Shown here in pieces: positions 19,644 to 28,473 of a stretch of DNA of 64,000 nt; positions within the stretch are counted from its first letter, which is position 1, and each line of letters begins with the position of its first letter. This stretch comes from Promethearchaeota archaeon (GTDB taxonomy: Archaea > Asgardarchaeota > Heimdallarchaeia > Hodarchaeales > Hodarchaeaceae): positions 32,001-96,000 of the forward strand of contig JBHLMN010000015.1 in NCBI GenBank assembly GCA_048938105.1, read 5' to 3'. The position numbers and the translations under genes were made by a program. The notes under the pieces were generated by a model. It was not told the origin of the DNA. It was given only the letters and a program-made list of their open reading frames with translations, and searched no databases.

Positions 19644-22079
19644 TTACCGTGACTTTCTTCGTCTCCGTGTCCAAGATAGGAAGATCGGTAAAGCTACTAG
19701 GGCATATAAAAATTCAAACCCAGGAATGCCTCCTCTACGCGAGGTCTCGCTAGTTTCCGTTTTCAGTGTAGTAAAAGTAGAGTAATCACTACCCTCTGGA
19801 TATCTGGCCCAATTGTCAAAAGCATCAGTTGCATTCAAGTAGAAAACATATTCTGTACCTGAAGTCAAGTCAGTTAGCTGAAAAGTGTGGGTTAAAGCTA
19901 GTGCGGTGCTAGTCATTGTGGAGGTTGGTGTATCTACACCATAATAAAGGGTTACACGAGTGGGTTTATCAGTAGTGATTTTTATGCTAACTTCTGTTTC
20001 ATCAATGACAGTCACATTCACATCAGAAATTCCTGGGGGAGTAACAGCAGCGGAAGACAATGTAGTAAATGAATATAAATTCGTTTGATTGTCATCCACA
20101 GTGAAAAAGACCCCATCAGAGGAATTAATTTCAAAATAATATTGTGATTCAGGAGTTAACCCTGTTAATTTTATTTCGTGAATGAGGGTTTCTGTGGCTT
20201 CATATTGAGTTGAACCAAGGGATGTTGTTGCTCCATAATTGACTCGGGAGTCAGAAAATTCATCTGTGACCCAAGAAACAACAGCTTCATCATCACTGAC
20301 CGAAGAAAGAACGTTTGTGATTTTTGGGGGAGCTGTATCAATTAATGTAAAAGTATAGAGATCACCGCTATTATCATCTGTTGCTGAATTACCACTAAGA
20401 TCCTTTGATGTAACTTTGAAATAATATTTCCCACCAGGAACAAGATTTTTTAGTATTACTTTATGCTTCGTTACAGGTAGCTCTTTGTGATCAATTACTT
20501 TCTTTTCATTCGATTCAATCTGTCCAAGTGACGTTGTTAAACCATAATCGACTCTAGTTGTTGTTACCTCATCTGTTTCCCACTCTATGGTTGCAGAGAC
20601 GTTTCCAGATTCAGTAACTAATACATTCGATATTATTGGGTTTGTTACATCCTCAGGTTCCGCTGCGCTTTCTGCAGCAGTTTTAACCTTTGCATATTTA
20701 CTTTTGGCAGCAGCAGTCCATTCTGCCTTTTTGGTTGCCCGGAACGATGAATCAGTTCTTACATTGTCAGAAATACTTTTGGCATCCTCGTAAGAGATTA
20801 GGGGTGCTCCTAAAGCTTGAATCCAACTAGAAATATTATAGTCTTGGATTCGTGGCGTATTTGAGGTGCCACTATTTTTCCACGCATTCACTATAGTACT
20901 CCATGCAGACACTAATTCAGCATGGGCATCAGTAAATGCTGCTTCAAAGTAGTATAAAAGAACACCGTGATAAGAATCTGCTTCAGTATCATTAAAATCG
21001 ATTCCTTTGTTATGGATAGTAATATTATAAGCATCAAGTAAATCTGGGCGTGATTGTCCTATTGTGGTATCGAATGCGTCTCCACGTGTAGGCATACGGT
21101 TAATAGCGCTGTCTAACCAATGTGATTGTCCCTCTTTGGATAATATAAATTGAACAAAAGCATTAGCTGCGTCTCGTTTTGCTGCATCTCCCTTAAGCAA
21201 ACATATTGGATCAGCGTTAACTATTGATTGTTCCTCTGGGATAATGTATTCACAATTTTCATTAGAAAGTTGAGCACCATAGCCATAAAAGTCTATTGTC
21301 ATCGCAATACCAACCTCTCCTTGTGTAACAGCATCGAGAGTAGCTACAGATCCTGGTTTTATAACTGAATTCGCTGCCATTGAAGTGAGGACAGACCATC
21401 CAAGATCCCATCCAAATTTTTGGATAATAATCTCGTAAATACGTGTGTTAGACGTCGTTCCTGGAGCATTTCCCATTGCTACTAATGGTGCAGCTTGTAA
21501 GAAATATTCGGGTCTTCCTATTTCTGTCCAAGTCGAAGGAGCATCAGCCTTTTTGTCGCTAAGAACCTTAGTATTAACAGTAAATCCAAATGTAGAGAGG
21601 GCTGCGCCAACCCACATCAAGTTACCTGAGCCATCGTATCGTCTCATTGGAGCCCCAGCAACTGACTCTGGTATCTGATTTACTTCAGCGAGTAGATCAG
21701 TGTCATTGATTTTATCAGCTACTCCAGCTTCAATTAAACCATCAAAAAGAATTGGACCGCCACCCCATCCTATGTCATAAGTCCCAGTTTTTGCTTGTGT
21801 TATCCAATTAGCCTCCTGAATACCCCATAATTCAACATTTGTTACACCAGCGTCTTTTGCAAGATCAGAAGCAAGAAATTCGGTTTTGAACTTGTTCCGA
21901 ATTGTTATCTCGTGGCGTGTAAGAATATTGAGAGTTATGCCAGCTTTTGGTGTTGAGATGGAAGCCATGCTTTCAATAGCCCCCGAAGAGGCAATCACAA
22001 TTGTAATAAAGACTATTAGAGAAACTGCTGGTAATATCTTATTTTTAGTGCGGTTTCTGAACCTTAATTTAATCATCAT
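19644..22079 (-). CDS. ABC substrate-binding protein (AfuA/FbpA-like) fused to three FN3-like domains, PGF-CTERM-like
   Basis: DIGWGGGP, GAALSTFGFTVN, IAMTIDFYG, NADPICLLKG, AFVQFILSKEGQ. Three W/T.TD...S/T.V.YG...H...L..L..G..Y.F repeats. Ends GIPGF, TM, RRRRKSR. Confidence 0.9.
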   Translation of the reverse strand: MMIKLRFRNRTKNKILPAVSLIVFITIVIASSGAIESMASISTPKAGITLNILTRHEITIRNKFKTEFLASDLAKDAGVTNVELWGIQEANWITQAKTGTYDIGWGGGPILFDGLIEAGVADKINDTDLLAEVNQIPESVAGAPMRRYDGSGNLMWVGAALSTFGFTVNTKVLSDKKADAPSTWTEIGRPEYFLQAAPLVAMGNAPGTTSNTRIYEIIIQKFGWDLGWSVLTSMAANSVIKPGSVATLDAVTQGEVGIAMTIDFYGYGAQLSNENCEYIIPEEQSIVNADPICLLKGDAAKRDAANAFVQFILSKEGQSHWLDSAINRMPTRGDAFDTTIGQSRPDLLDAYNITIHNKGIDFNDTEADSYHGVLLYYFEAAFTDAHAELVSAWSTIVNAWKNSGTSNTPRIQDYNISSWIQALGAPLISYEDAKSISDNVRTDSSFRATKKAEWTAAAKSKYAKVKTAAESAAEPEDVTNPIISNVLVTESGNVSATIEWETDEVTTTRVDYGLTTSLGQIESNEKKVIDHKELPVTKHKVILKNLVPGGKYYFKVTSKDLSGNSATDDNSGDLYTFTLIDTAPPKITNVLSSVSDDEAVVSWVTDEFSDSRVNYGATTSLGSTQYEATETLIHEIKLTGLTPESQYYFEINSSDGVFFTVDDNQTNLYSFTTLSSAAVTPPGISDVNVTVIDETEVSIKITTDKPTRVTLYYGVDTPTSTMTSTALALTHTFQLTDLTSGTEYVFYLNATDAFDNWARYPEGSDYSTFTTLKTETSETSRRGGIPGFEFLYALVALPIFLSWTRRRRKSR

Positions 22080-22516
22080 TTTTTCATCAGCCTTCTTTAG
22101 CTAGATCGATGTCTTTACTTCGATAGTTTTTAAAAATTATTAATGTTTTTGGTGTTATTAAATGCCATAAGGGAATATTTAGAACAAACATGATAGAATA
22201 AGAACAGAAGATAATGTGTTGGCAAAGCTTATAGACAGAAATCTAGCCACAATGTTTGAAAATGGCTGATTCATGGGTGAGAGTCTGACCAAAATTGAAA
22301 ATTTAATAATATTGGAAATCTTATTTAGATTTTAATTGTAAATGAACCCATGTCGTTACATACAAAGATCAGATATGTACTCATATAACAATTATCTTCA
22401 ACAGTAAAATCACTTTTGAAGGATTTTAAAAGCTACAAAATCTGATATGGATTGGTTATTCATCATTCTTATTCCCCAGAAAAAAAAAGAGGAAGAAAAA
22501 GGTAGCAGTTATACAC

Positions 22517-25024
22517 TTACCTTCTTCGACGTCGAATTATTATTGAAGATACTCCAAGGGTGATTAACAGCGTGAGAGCTAAGAATCCAGGTCCTCCTTT
22601 TGAAGTTGTAGTTGAAGTTTTAGTCTTTGTTTTAGTTTTTGTCGCGGTTGCAGTGGTTTTCGTTGTAGTTGTAGGTGTAGTCGGGGTGGCCTCTACTGTG
22701 AAGGTGAATACTAATTCTGCTGTATTTCCTGCAGTATCGGTCGCAACAATTTTCACTGTATGCGATCCTACACTAGGGGTAGATATCGCATAAATAGTCG
22801 TAGTTTGGTTTGCTTTGCTCACACCATCGATAAAGACCTCAATATTCGCGATTGCTGTTGAAGCATCAATTGCAGTCCAATTCACAGTTATAGAGTCGCC
22901 TTCTGTAATAGTTGATTTATTCGCAGGTGAAACAATTGCAAGAACGGGTGCTGTGGTGTCTACAGTGATGTTTACCTCATCTGAGTAAGCCTTAAATCCA
23001 TATATGGTTTGTGCTCTCACTTGAAGTGTGTGTTTTCCGTCTGAAAGATCAATCAGAGTAAAGTCCATTCTACCAGTAATATTTCTGACTGAACCATCAA
23101 CAAGGATTTCATATCGAAGGATTTCAGCATTGAAAACACCAGCTGTCCAATTCAAGAAGACATCATTTTCTGAAAATAGTTTTTCAGCTACAGGTGTATC
23201 AATTTTCACACCATTAGGAATAAATGATCTCATTCTTATTGGTGCCATCCAGTTAAAGACATTCCAGATAAAGTACCGATTGTTCTGGAGTTGTTGTTTC
23301 TCGCTAGGATCCTTGAACATGTCTTTCCAAGTGCTCCAGAGAGCCTCGGCAGTTAGTACGAGCTTGTTGTCCTCACCAGGGAAAGTCTGCAAAGCTGCTA
23401 GGGTGAAGTTATTGACCTCGCCATTGGCGTGGACTTGATAGGTACCAATCTGGTTACGGACATCGACTCCATGGGGAGAGGTTCGGATGAGCCATTCAAC
23501 ATTGGCTATGTCAAAGTCCTGGTTGAACCCTTTCCCTGTACTATCCTCCAAGGGTACGAAATCGTCACTGGAATTCCGACCAATGATCGCGGTGGGCCCA
23601 TGAAACACGGATTGTGCATGGGGTAAGTTTTCGGTTAGCATTCGGGCGTTGGGGGTTCTCGTGTTGTAATTGATGGCTTTAACCCGATAGGTTCCTCCTG
23701 CAACATTCGACTCTGTATCATCGATAGAGGTCCGCTCGAAGTAAATATTGCTACCTAGCGTCAATAACACGTCATTGAAATATGTGGCATTCATATTGCT
23801 TTCATAGTCCCCGTCACCAGCAATGAGGATGGACTTGCCTCCTGTTGCCCACCAGTTGGAGAGCGCGGTTTTGCTTGCAGCAGTTAACTTCATCATCATT
23901 TTACTGAGAACTAGAATATCCACATCAGTGAACGTGCCTGCAGTATAAGCGGCTCTAGCATAGCGAACGTCATAACCCCACTTTCGCAGGGTCTCGTTGA
24001 ACAGGGTGTAATCGGTAGGCCAGTTTGCCACATCAGTGTGATATACGTCAAAGAGAACAACTGGTTGATCAGTTTCCATAAGGAATCCATCAAACCAATT
24101 AAGGATATTATAGACAAAGTACCGATTATCTTGATTCTGATCTTTTTCACTGGGATCTTTGAACATGTCCTTCCAAGTACTCCAGAGAGCCTCGGCAGTT
24201 AGTACGAGCTTGTTGTCCTCACCAGGGAAAGTCTGCAAAGCTGCTAGGGTGAAGTTATTGACCTCGCCATTGGCGTGGACTTGATAGGTACCAATCTGGT
24301 TACGGACATCGACTCCATGGGGAGAGGTTCGGATGAGCCATTCAACATTGGCTATGTCAAAGTCCTGGTTGAACCCTTTCCCTGTACTATCCTCCAAGGG
24401 TACGAAATCGTCACTGGAATTCCGACCAATGATCGCGGTGGGCCCATGAAACACGGATTGTGCATGGGGTAAGTTTTCGGTTAGCATTCGGGCGTTGGGG
24501 GTTCTCGTGTTGTAATTGATGGCTTTAACCCGATAGGTTCCTCCTGCAACATTCGACTCTGTATCATCGATAGAGGTCCGCTCGAAGTAAATATTGCTAC
24601 CTAGCGTCAATAACACGTCATTGAAATATGTGGCATTCATATTGCTTTCATAGTCCCCGTCACCAGCAATGAGGATGGACTTGCCTCCTGTTGCCCACCA
24701 GTTGGAGAGCGCGGTTTTGCTTGCAGCAGTTAACTTCATCATCATTTTACTGAGAACTAGAATATCCACATCAGTGAACGTGCCTGCAGTATAAGCGGCT
24801 CTAGCATAGCGAACGTCATAACCCCATGTTCGCAGGGTTTCGTTGAACAGGGTGTAATCGGTAGGCCAGTTTGCCACATCAGTGTGATATACGTCAAAGA
24901 GAACAACTGGTTTATCTTGAACCACTGCTCTAGTTGGAGTCAAAGGATTGGGAATGAAAAAGATACTTAGGAAAATAACAGTACCAATGACTATTCCAAC
25001 CTTGCTATTTTTCATTTTACTCAT
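22517..25024 (-). CDS. Surface protein with two near-identical GIFT/DUF4350-like domains, Ig-like domains, PGF-CTERM-like
   Basis: Signal peptide. Two copies of an about 280-aa unit starting PVVLFDVYH. DTTAP-type Ig repeats, Thr/Lys linker, GPGF, TM, RRRRR. Confidence 0.85.
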   Translation of the reverse strand: MSKMKNSKVGIVIGTVIFLSIFFIPNPLTPTRAVVQDKPVVLFDVYHTDVANWPTDYTLFNETLRTWGYDVRYARAAYTAGTFTDVDILVLSKMMMKLTAASKTALSNWWATGGKSILIAGDGDYESNMNATYFNDVLLTLGSNIYFERTSIDDTESNVAGGTYRVKAINYNTRTPNARMLTENLPHAQSVFHGPTAIIGRNSSDDFVPLEDSTGKGFNQDFDIANVEWLIRTSPHGVDVRNQIGTYQVHANGEVNNFTLAALQTFPGEDNKLVLTAEALWSTWKDMFKDPSEKDQNQDNRYFVYNILNWFDGFLMETDQPVVLFDVYHTDVANWPTDYTLFNETLRKWGYDVRYARAAYTAGTFTDVDILVLSKMMMKLTAASKTALSNWWATGGKSILIAGDGDYESNMNATYFNDVLLTLGSNIYFERTSIDDTESNVAGGTYRVKAINYNTRTPNARMLTENLPHAQSVFHGPTAIIGRNSSDDFVPLEDSTGKGFNQDFDIANVEWLIRTSPHGVDVRNQIGTYQVHANGEVNNFTLAALQTFPGEDNKLVLTAEALWSTWKDMFKDPSEKQQLQNNRYFIWNVFNWMAPIRMRSFIPNGVKIDTPVAEKLFSENDVFLNWTAGVFNAEILRYEILVDGSVRNITGRMDFTLIDLSDGKHTLQVRAQTIYGFKAYSDEVNITVDTTAPVLAIVSPANKSTITEGDSITVNWTAIDASTAIANIEVFIDGVSKANQTTTIYAISTPSVGSHTVKIVATDTAGNTAELVFTFTVEATPTTPTTTTKTTATATKTKTKTKTSTTTSKGGPGFLALTLLITLGVSSIIIRRRRR
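23270..24912. repeat. Intragenic tandem duplication, period 846 bp
   Basis: About 23334-23980 appears identical to about 24180-24826 by eye. Edges carry a few mostly synonymous differences. Identical shadow ORFs at 23429 and 24275 confirm the 846 offset. Confidence 0.95.
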
Positions 25025-25470
25025 TTCTAAATGCTCCTGTGCATATCAAAAAAGAGCTCATTTTCTCTAAAAAGGGAGAAGAGAATAATACGAGCATAAG
25101 ACTAGTTCTTCATTGTTATTTATATAACTTATTGCAGAAGACGGTTAGGGGTATACATTATGAAAAATTGCACTAAATTTCAGAAATAATCCAATAAAGA
25201 TAATATTATAGAATTTTCCTTCATTAATGCCATTTATTAAACCTCATTTTCAGAGATCTAGCAGGGGATAATGAAAAGCCATTCTAAACAGTTACAAAAA
25301 TCGCCCATTATATAAATAATGGATTGAGTAAGACTTAAATTTTGCTTAATTGGAGATTTTTGAGGTTTTGATACTCATTGTTTGCATCTTTCTCCCCATT
25401 TTAAAAAGAATTGATTTTTCTTAAGTTCATTGTGAATTAATTGCTAATAAAAAAGGAGAATAGGGGAAAT

Positions 25471-28020
25471 TTACTTATTCTTTCTTTCCCTCGTAATAGC
25501 TATAACCAAAGTAACTGTAATAATAACCCAAGAAAAAGCTGGTGTTGAAACAGCAGTAGAAGAAGTCGTAGTTGTAGTTGCTACAGATGTCTTAACAGTA
25601 ATTTGTACTTCATCTTCGCCAATATTCCCAGCTAAGTCTATGGCTTGAACTTTGATTGTATGAGTCCCTTCAGTCAGAGTTAAAGTATAACTTCTAGCAG
25701 TTGTTTCTGTTAATTCCGCGATTTGAGAACCATCTACACTAATTATCTGGGAATATAATCCTGATCCTGTTTCCAATACAGTCCATTTCACATCAACAGA
25801 TGTTTGATTAATAGTTTCCTGATGCGGAGGTGAGGTGATAGCAACCGTAGGTGGAGTTGTATCTGCTAAAATGCCTAATTCAAATCTTTTCTTAACCAAT
25901 GTTCCATTAATAGACAGTAAGATATTAACAGGATAGGTTCCACTTGTAGAATTCACAGGAATATCGAGAATTAATGTAGCCTCCTCTGCGTTTTCATTAA
26001 TAATACTGGTGGTAGATAGAATTCTGGTTCTATTCCTATTCAGAAGTTCAGCAGTAGCTGATACGGGTACTGCTGCTGATGTTTGGTCATAAACTGAGAC
26101 AGAAACGGTTATTTGATCTCCTACATTGTACTCTGTTGAATCTGTTGTTACTTCAATTGTGTATAGCGAATCTAATATTTCACCAAATATCCTTTGTGCT
26201 TTATCATGGTTAAAATTTCGTATAGCTCGTTTTGCACTAGCTAGCTTAGTATTAACACTTGAAACATCCCATCCTGCAAGGGAGGCATTAGCGATCAAAG
26301 AGGAAACTATTTCATATTGCATATAAGCAGTGTGATTACGATAAATAAATTCGTCCAGCCATTGTTGATCTCCAATTACGAGATTATTATACAAGTCATC
26401 ATAGTTGAAGTAATTGATTACCAGTGCTCGACGGTCCAAAATGGCTTCTATTATAGCTTCATCCGTATTTTCTTCAACAAAAACATACATCAAGGTACGA
26501 TTCATAGAAAACGGTGAATGAGCATCTGACCCTCCTGTAAATGGCATTAAATAGGCCCATTCACCTAAGCCTCCGTCTCGATCACCTCCTGCAAAATAAC
26601 CTGCATTAGCGATTTCAAAACCATCAAGATTTGAGTTTACTAGATTGTTGATGTAATTGACACGTGCAGGAAGAGGAATCCCACAACATCCTAGTGGATG
26701 CGCGATAAAAACAACACCACCTTGGGTATGATAAGTATCAACAATACCAGGCCATTCATCTAAAGTAGGAACCCTTACCGGATTTATTATCTCAGTTATT
26801 CCAAAAACTGTTTGATGTCCTACCTGTTGCACATCACCTTCAACACCATACAAGATATTAAGATCTTTAATATTGTTATCTTCCAAATAGGTTCTTGCAG
26901 GTTCCCATGAGGCTTGAGGTGTTCCTCCTTGATGATCTGTAAGTGCAAAAAATTCTAAATCGCATGCTCTAGCCCGTTCAATTTGTTCACTAACAGGTGT
27001 GTCTGAATCCCCACTTCCTTCAGTACAATGAACATGGGTAACTCCTAGAAGCATTTTGTAGTTTCTCCGTCGAGTCTCAGTAGTCGTATAGTTTTTTAGT
27101 ATTGGAACTGTCATCCACCCTGGGTCTTCAACATCTGTTATGGTTTCCTTTGCTAACCAATTAAAGACATTTGCAACAAATTGAAAATGATCCTCAGTAT
27201 AGGAACCTTTAAGATTACCAAAAGGAGATTCAGAACACGAGAAAAAAACACGACCTTCTCCAAATTCACGAAAAGCGAAGGCGGGGTCTCCAGTAGATTG
27301 ATTTGCTAAAATTGTTATATTTACTCCTGAATCTATCGTAAACTTGCCTATATTCGTTTGAAGATAAACTTTAGAAACATTAGTCACTAAAGGATGATTC
27401 AAGAAATTTTGAAGATGTTCGTCAGTTGATGAGAAATAATCAAAATAGGTAACATTCATTTCTCGAGTTATATCATTTAAATTGGACGAGTTAATCTTCA
27501 CAAAAGGATCGTATATCCAACCGCCTTTCCCCGATACAAGTAAAGAACCACCAGATTGTACAAATTCAATTATCGCTGTGATCTCACTGGCACTGAATTT
27601 GCCTTGAGGGAAAAAAATTGCCAATATTTGATAAGAAGCTAAATACTCAGGTGTAAGCTCTTTGTCCATATTAGCTTCAGGTTCAAATCCAATCTCTCTT
27701 AGAAAAGCCCCCATCATTGATACAGGTCCTGGAGCAAAGCCTCCAGCAATAAGCGATGTATGTGCTTCATCAAAAAGAATTTTTATTGGTGTTGTTAATA
27801 TTTCTGATTTCTGATTTGCTTCATTTCTAGAAATATCTTCAAATATCTGCAGATTTGAAGAAGAATATGGAAAATCATTTCTTAAACCGTCCTCGGGATC
27901 TAATGGGAGAGAATCTTCTAATAAAGGAGCCAAAGGAGCGAGAATAAGACCAGCTGCTAAAATTAAGATCCAAATATCAATCCTAAATTTCAAAATTTTC
28001 ACCAAAAAATAAGTATTCAT
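25471..28020 (-). CDS. Surface-anchored PHP-family metallo-phosphoesterase with GIFT/DUF4350-like and Ig-like domains
   Basis: ILFDEAH domain, then PHP motifs THVHC...DS, LTDH, GVE...GH, IAHP, GGSDAH. DTTPP Ig domain, Thr linker, TPAF, TM, RERKNK. Confidence 0.82.
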   Translation of the reverse strand: MNTYFLVKILKFRIDIWILILAAGLILAPLAPLLEDSLPLDPEDGLRNDFPYSSSNLQIFEDISRNEANQKSEILTTPIKILFDEAHTSLIAGGFAPGPVSMMGAFLREIGFEPEANMDKELTPEYLASYQILAIFFPQGKFSASEITAIIEFVQSGGSLLVSGKGGWIYDPFVKINSSNLNDITREMNVTYFDYFSSTDEHLQNFLNHPLVTNVSKVYLQTNIGKFTIDSGVNITILANQSTGDPAFAFREFGEGRVFFSCSESPFGNLKGSYTEDHFQFVANVFNWLAKETITDVEDPGWMTVPILKNYTTTETRRRNYKMLLGVTHVHCTEGSGDSDTPVSEQIERARACDLEFFALTDHQGGTPQASWEPARTYLEDNNIKDLNILYGVEGDVQQVGHQTVFGITEIINPVRVPTLDEWPGIVDTYHTQGGVVFIAHPLGCCGIPLPARVNYINNLVNSNLDGFEIANAGYFAGGDRDGGLGEWAYLMPFTGGSDAHSPFSMNRTLMYVFVEENTDEAIIEAILDRRALVINYFNYDDLYNNLVIGDQQWLDEFIYRNHTAYMQYEIVSSLIANASLAGWDVSSVNTKLASAKRAIRNFNHDKAQRIFGEILDSLYTIEVTTDSTEYNVGDQITVSVSVYDQTSAAVPVSATAELLNRNRTRILSTTSIINENAEEATLILDIPVNSTSGTYPVNILLSINGTLVKKRFELGILADTTPPTVAITSPPHQETINQTSVDVKWTVLETGSGLYSQIISVDGSQIAELTETTARSYTLTLTEGTHTIKVQAIDLAGNIGEDEVQITVKTSVATTTTTSSTAVSTPAFSWVIITVTLVIAITRERKNK

Positions 28021-28473
28021 AATAATAAATATCCTGAGAAGATCATTTAATTACTTTTGTTTGAAAATAAAAATGAAAAAATCAGTTCTATAGCTGATAT
28101 TAAGGAGGGAATGATGCAAGATTTTATAATAAATACTTTGTTGTCGCGGTACTATCCTTAATTTTATTTGTTAGTCCTAGATTTATTGATTTAATGATTA
28201 TGTAGATCACCACTTGATTTTTGAGAAGTTAGGATTAACTTTCGTTAACGCCACTTATTGAACCTTTCTTTCATCTTAAATAGACTTCTAGAAATCTTAG
28301 TAGCCACAGTCCTGAAAGTTTTTAAAGAGCGAAAAAACGATTCAGAGTCTAAGTAATAGTCCGATCCAGTCTATGTTACTTCAGCTATTGTTGTATTTTT
28401 CATACCTGTAAAGAAGGAACCTGTTAAGAACTCTTTCTTTATTTTTTAATCTAGATGAAATAGTGTTAATTTG

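Noticed and set aside
23429-24472. Two identical 65-aa plus-strand ORFs
   Set aside because: Antisense shadows of the intragenic duplication, not genes.
28341-28404. Minus-strand ATGAAAA...CTGA...CTGA pattern between the PHP and PAP genes
   Set aside because: Poor C and C' boxes, and no recognisable rRNA or tRNA complementarity.
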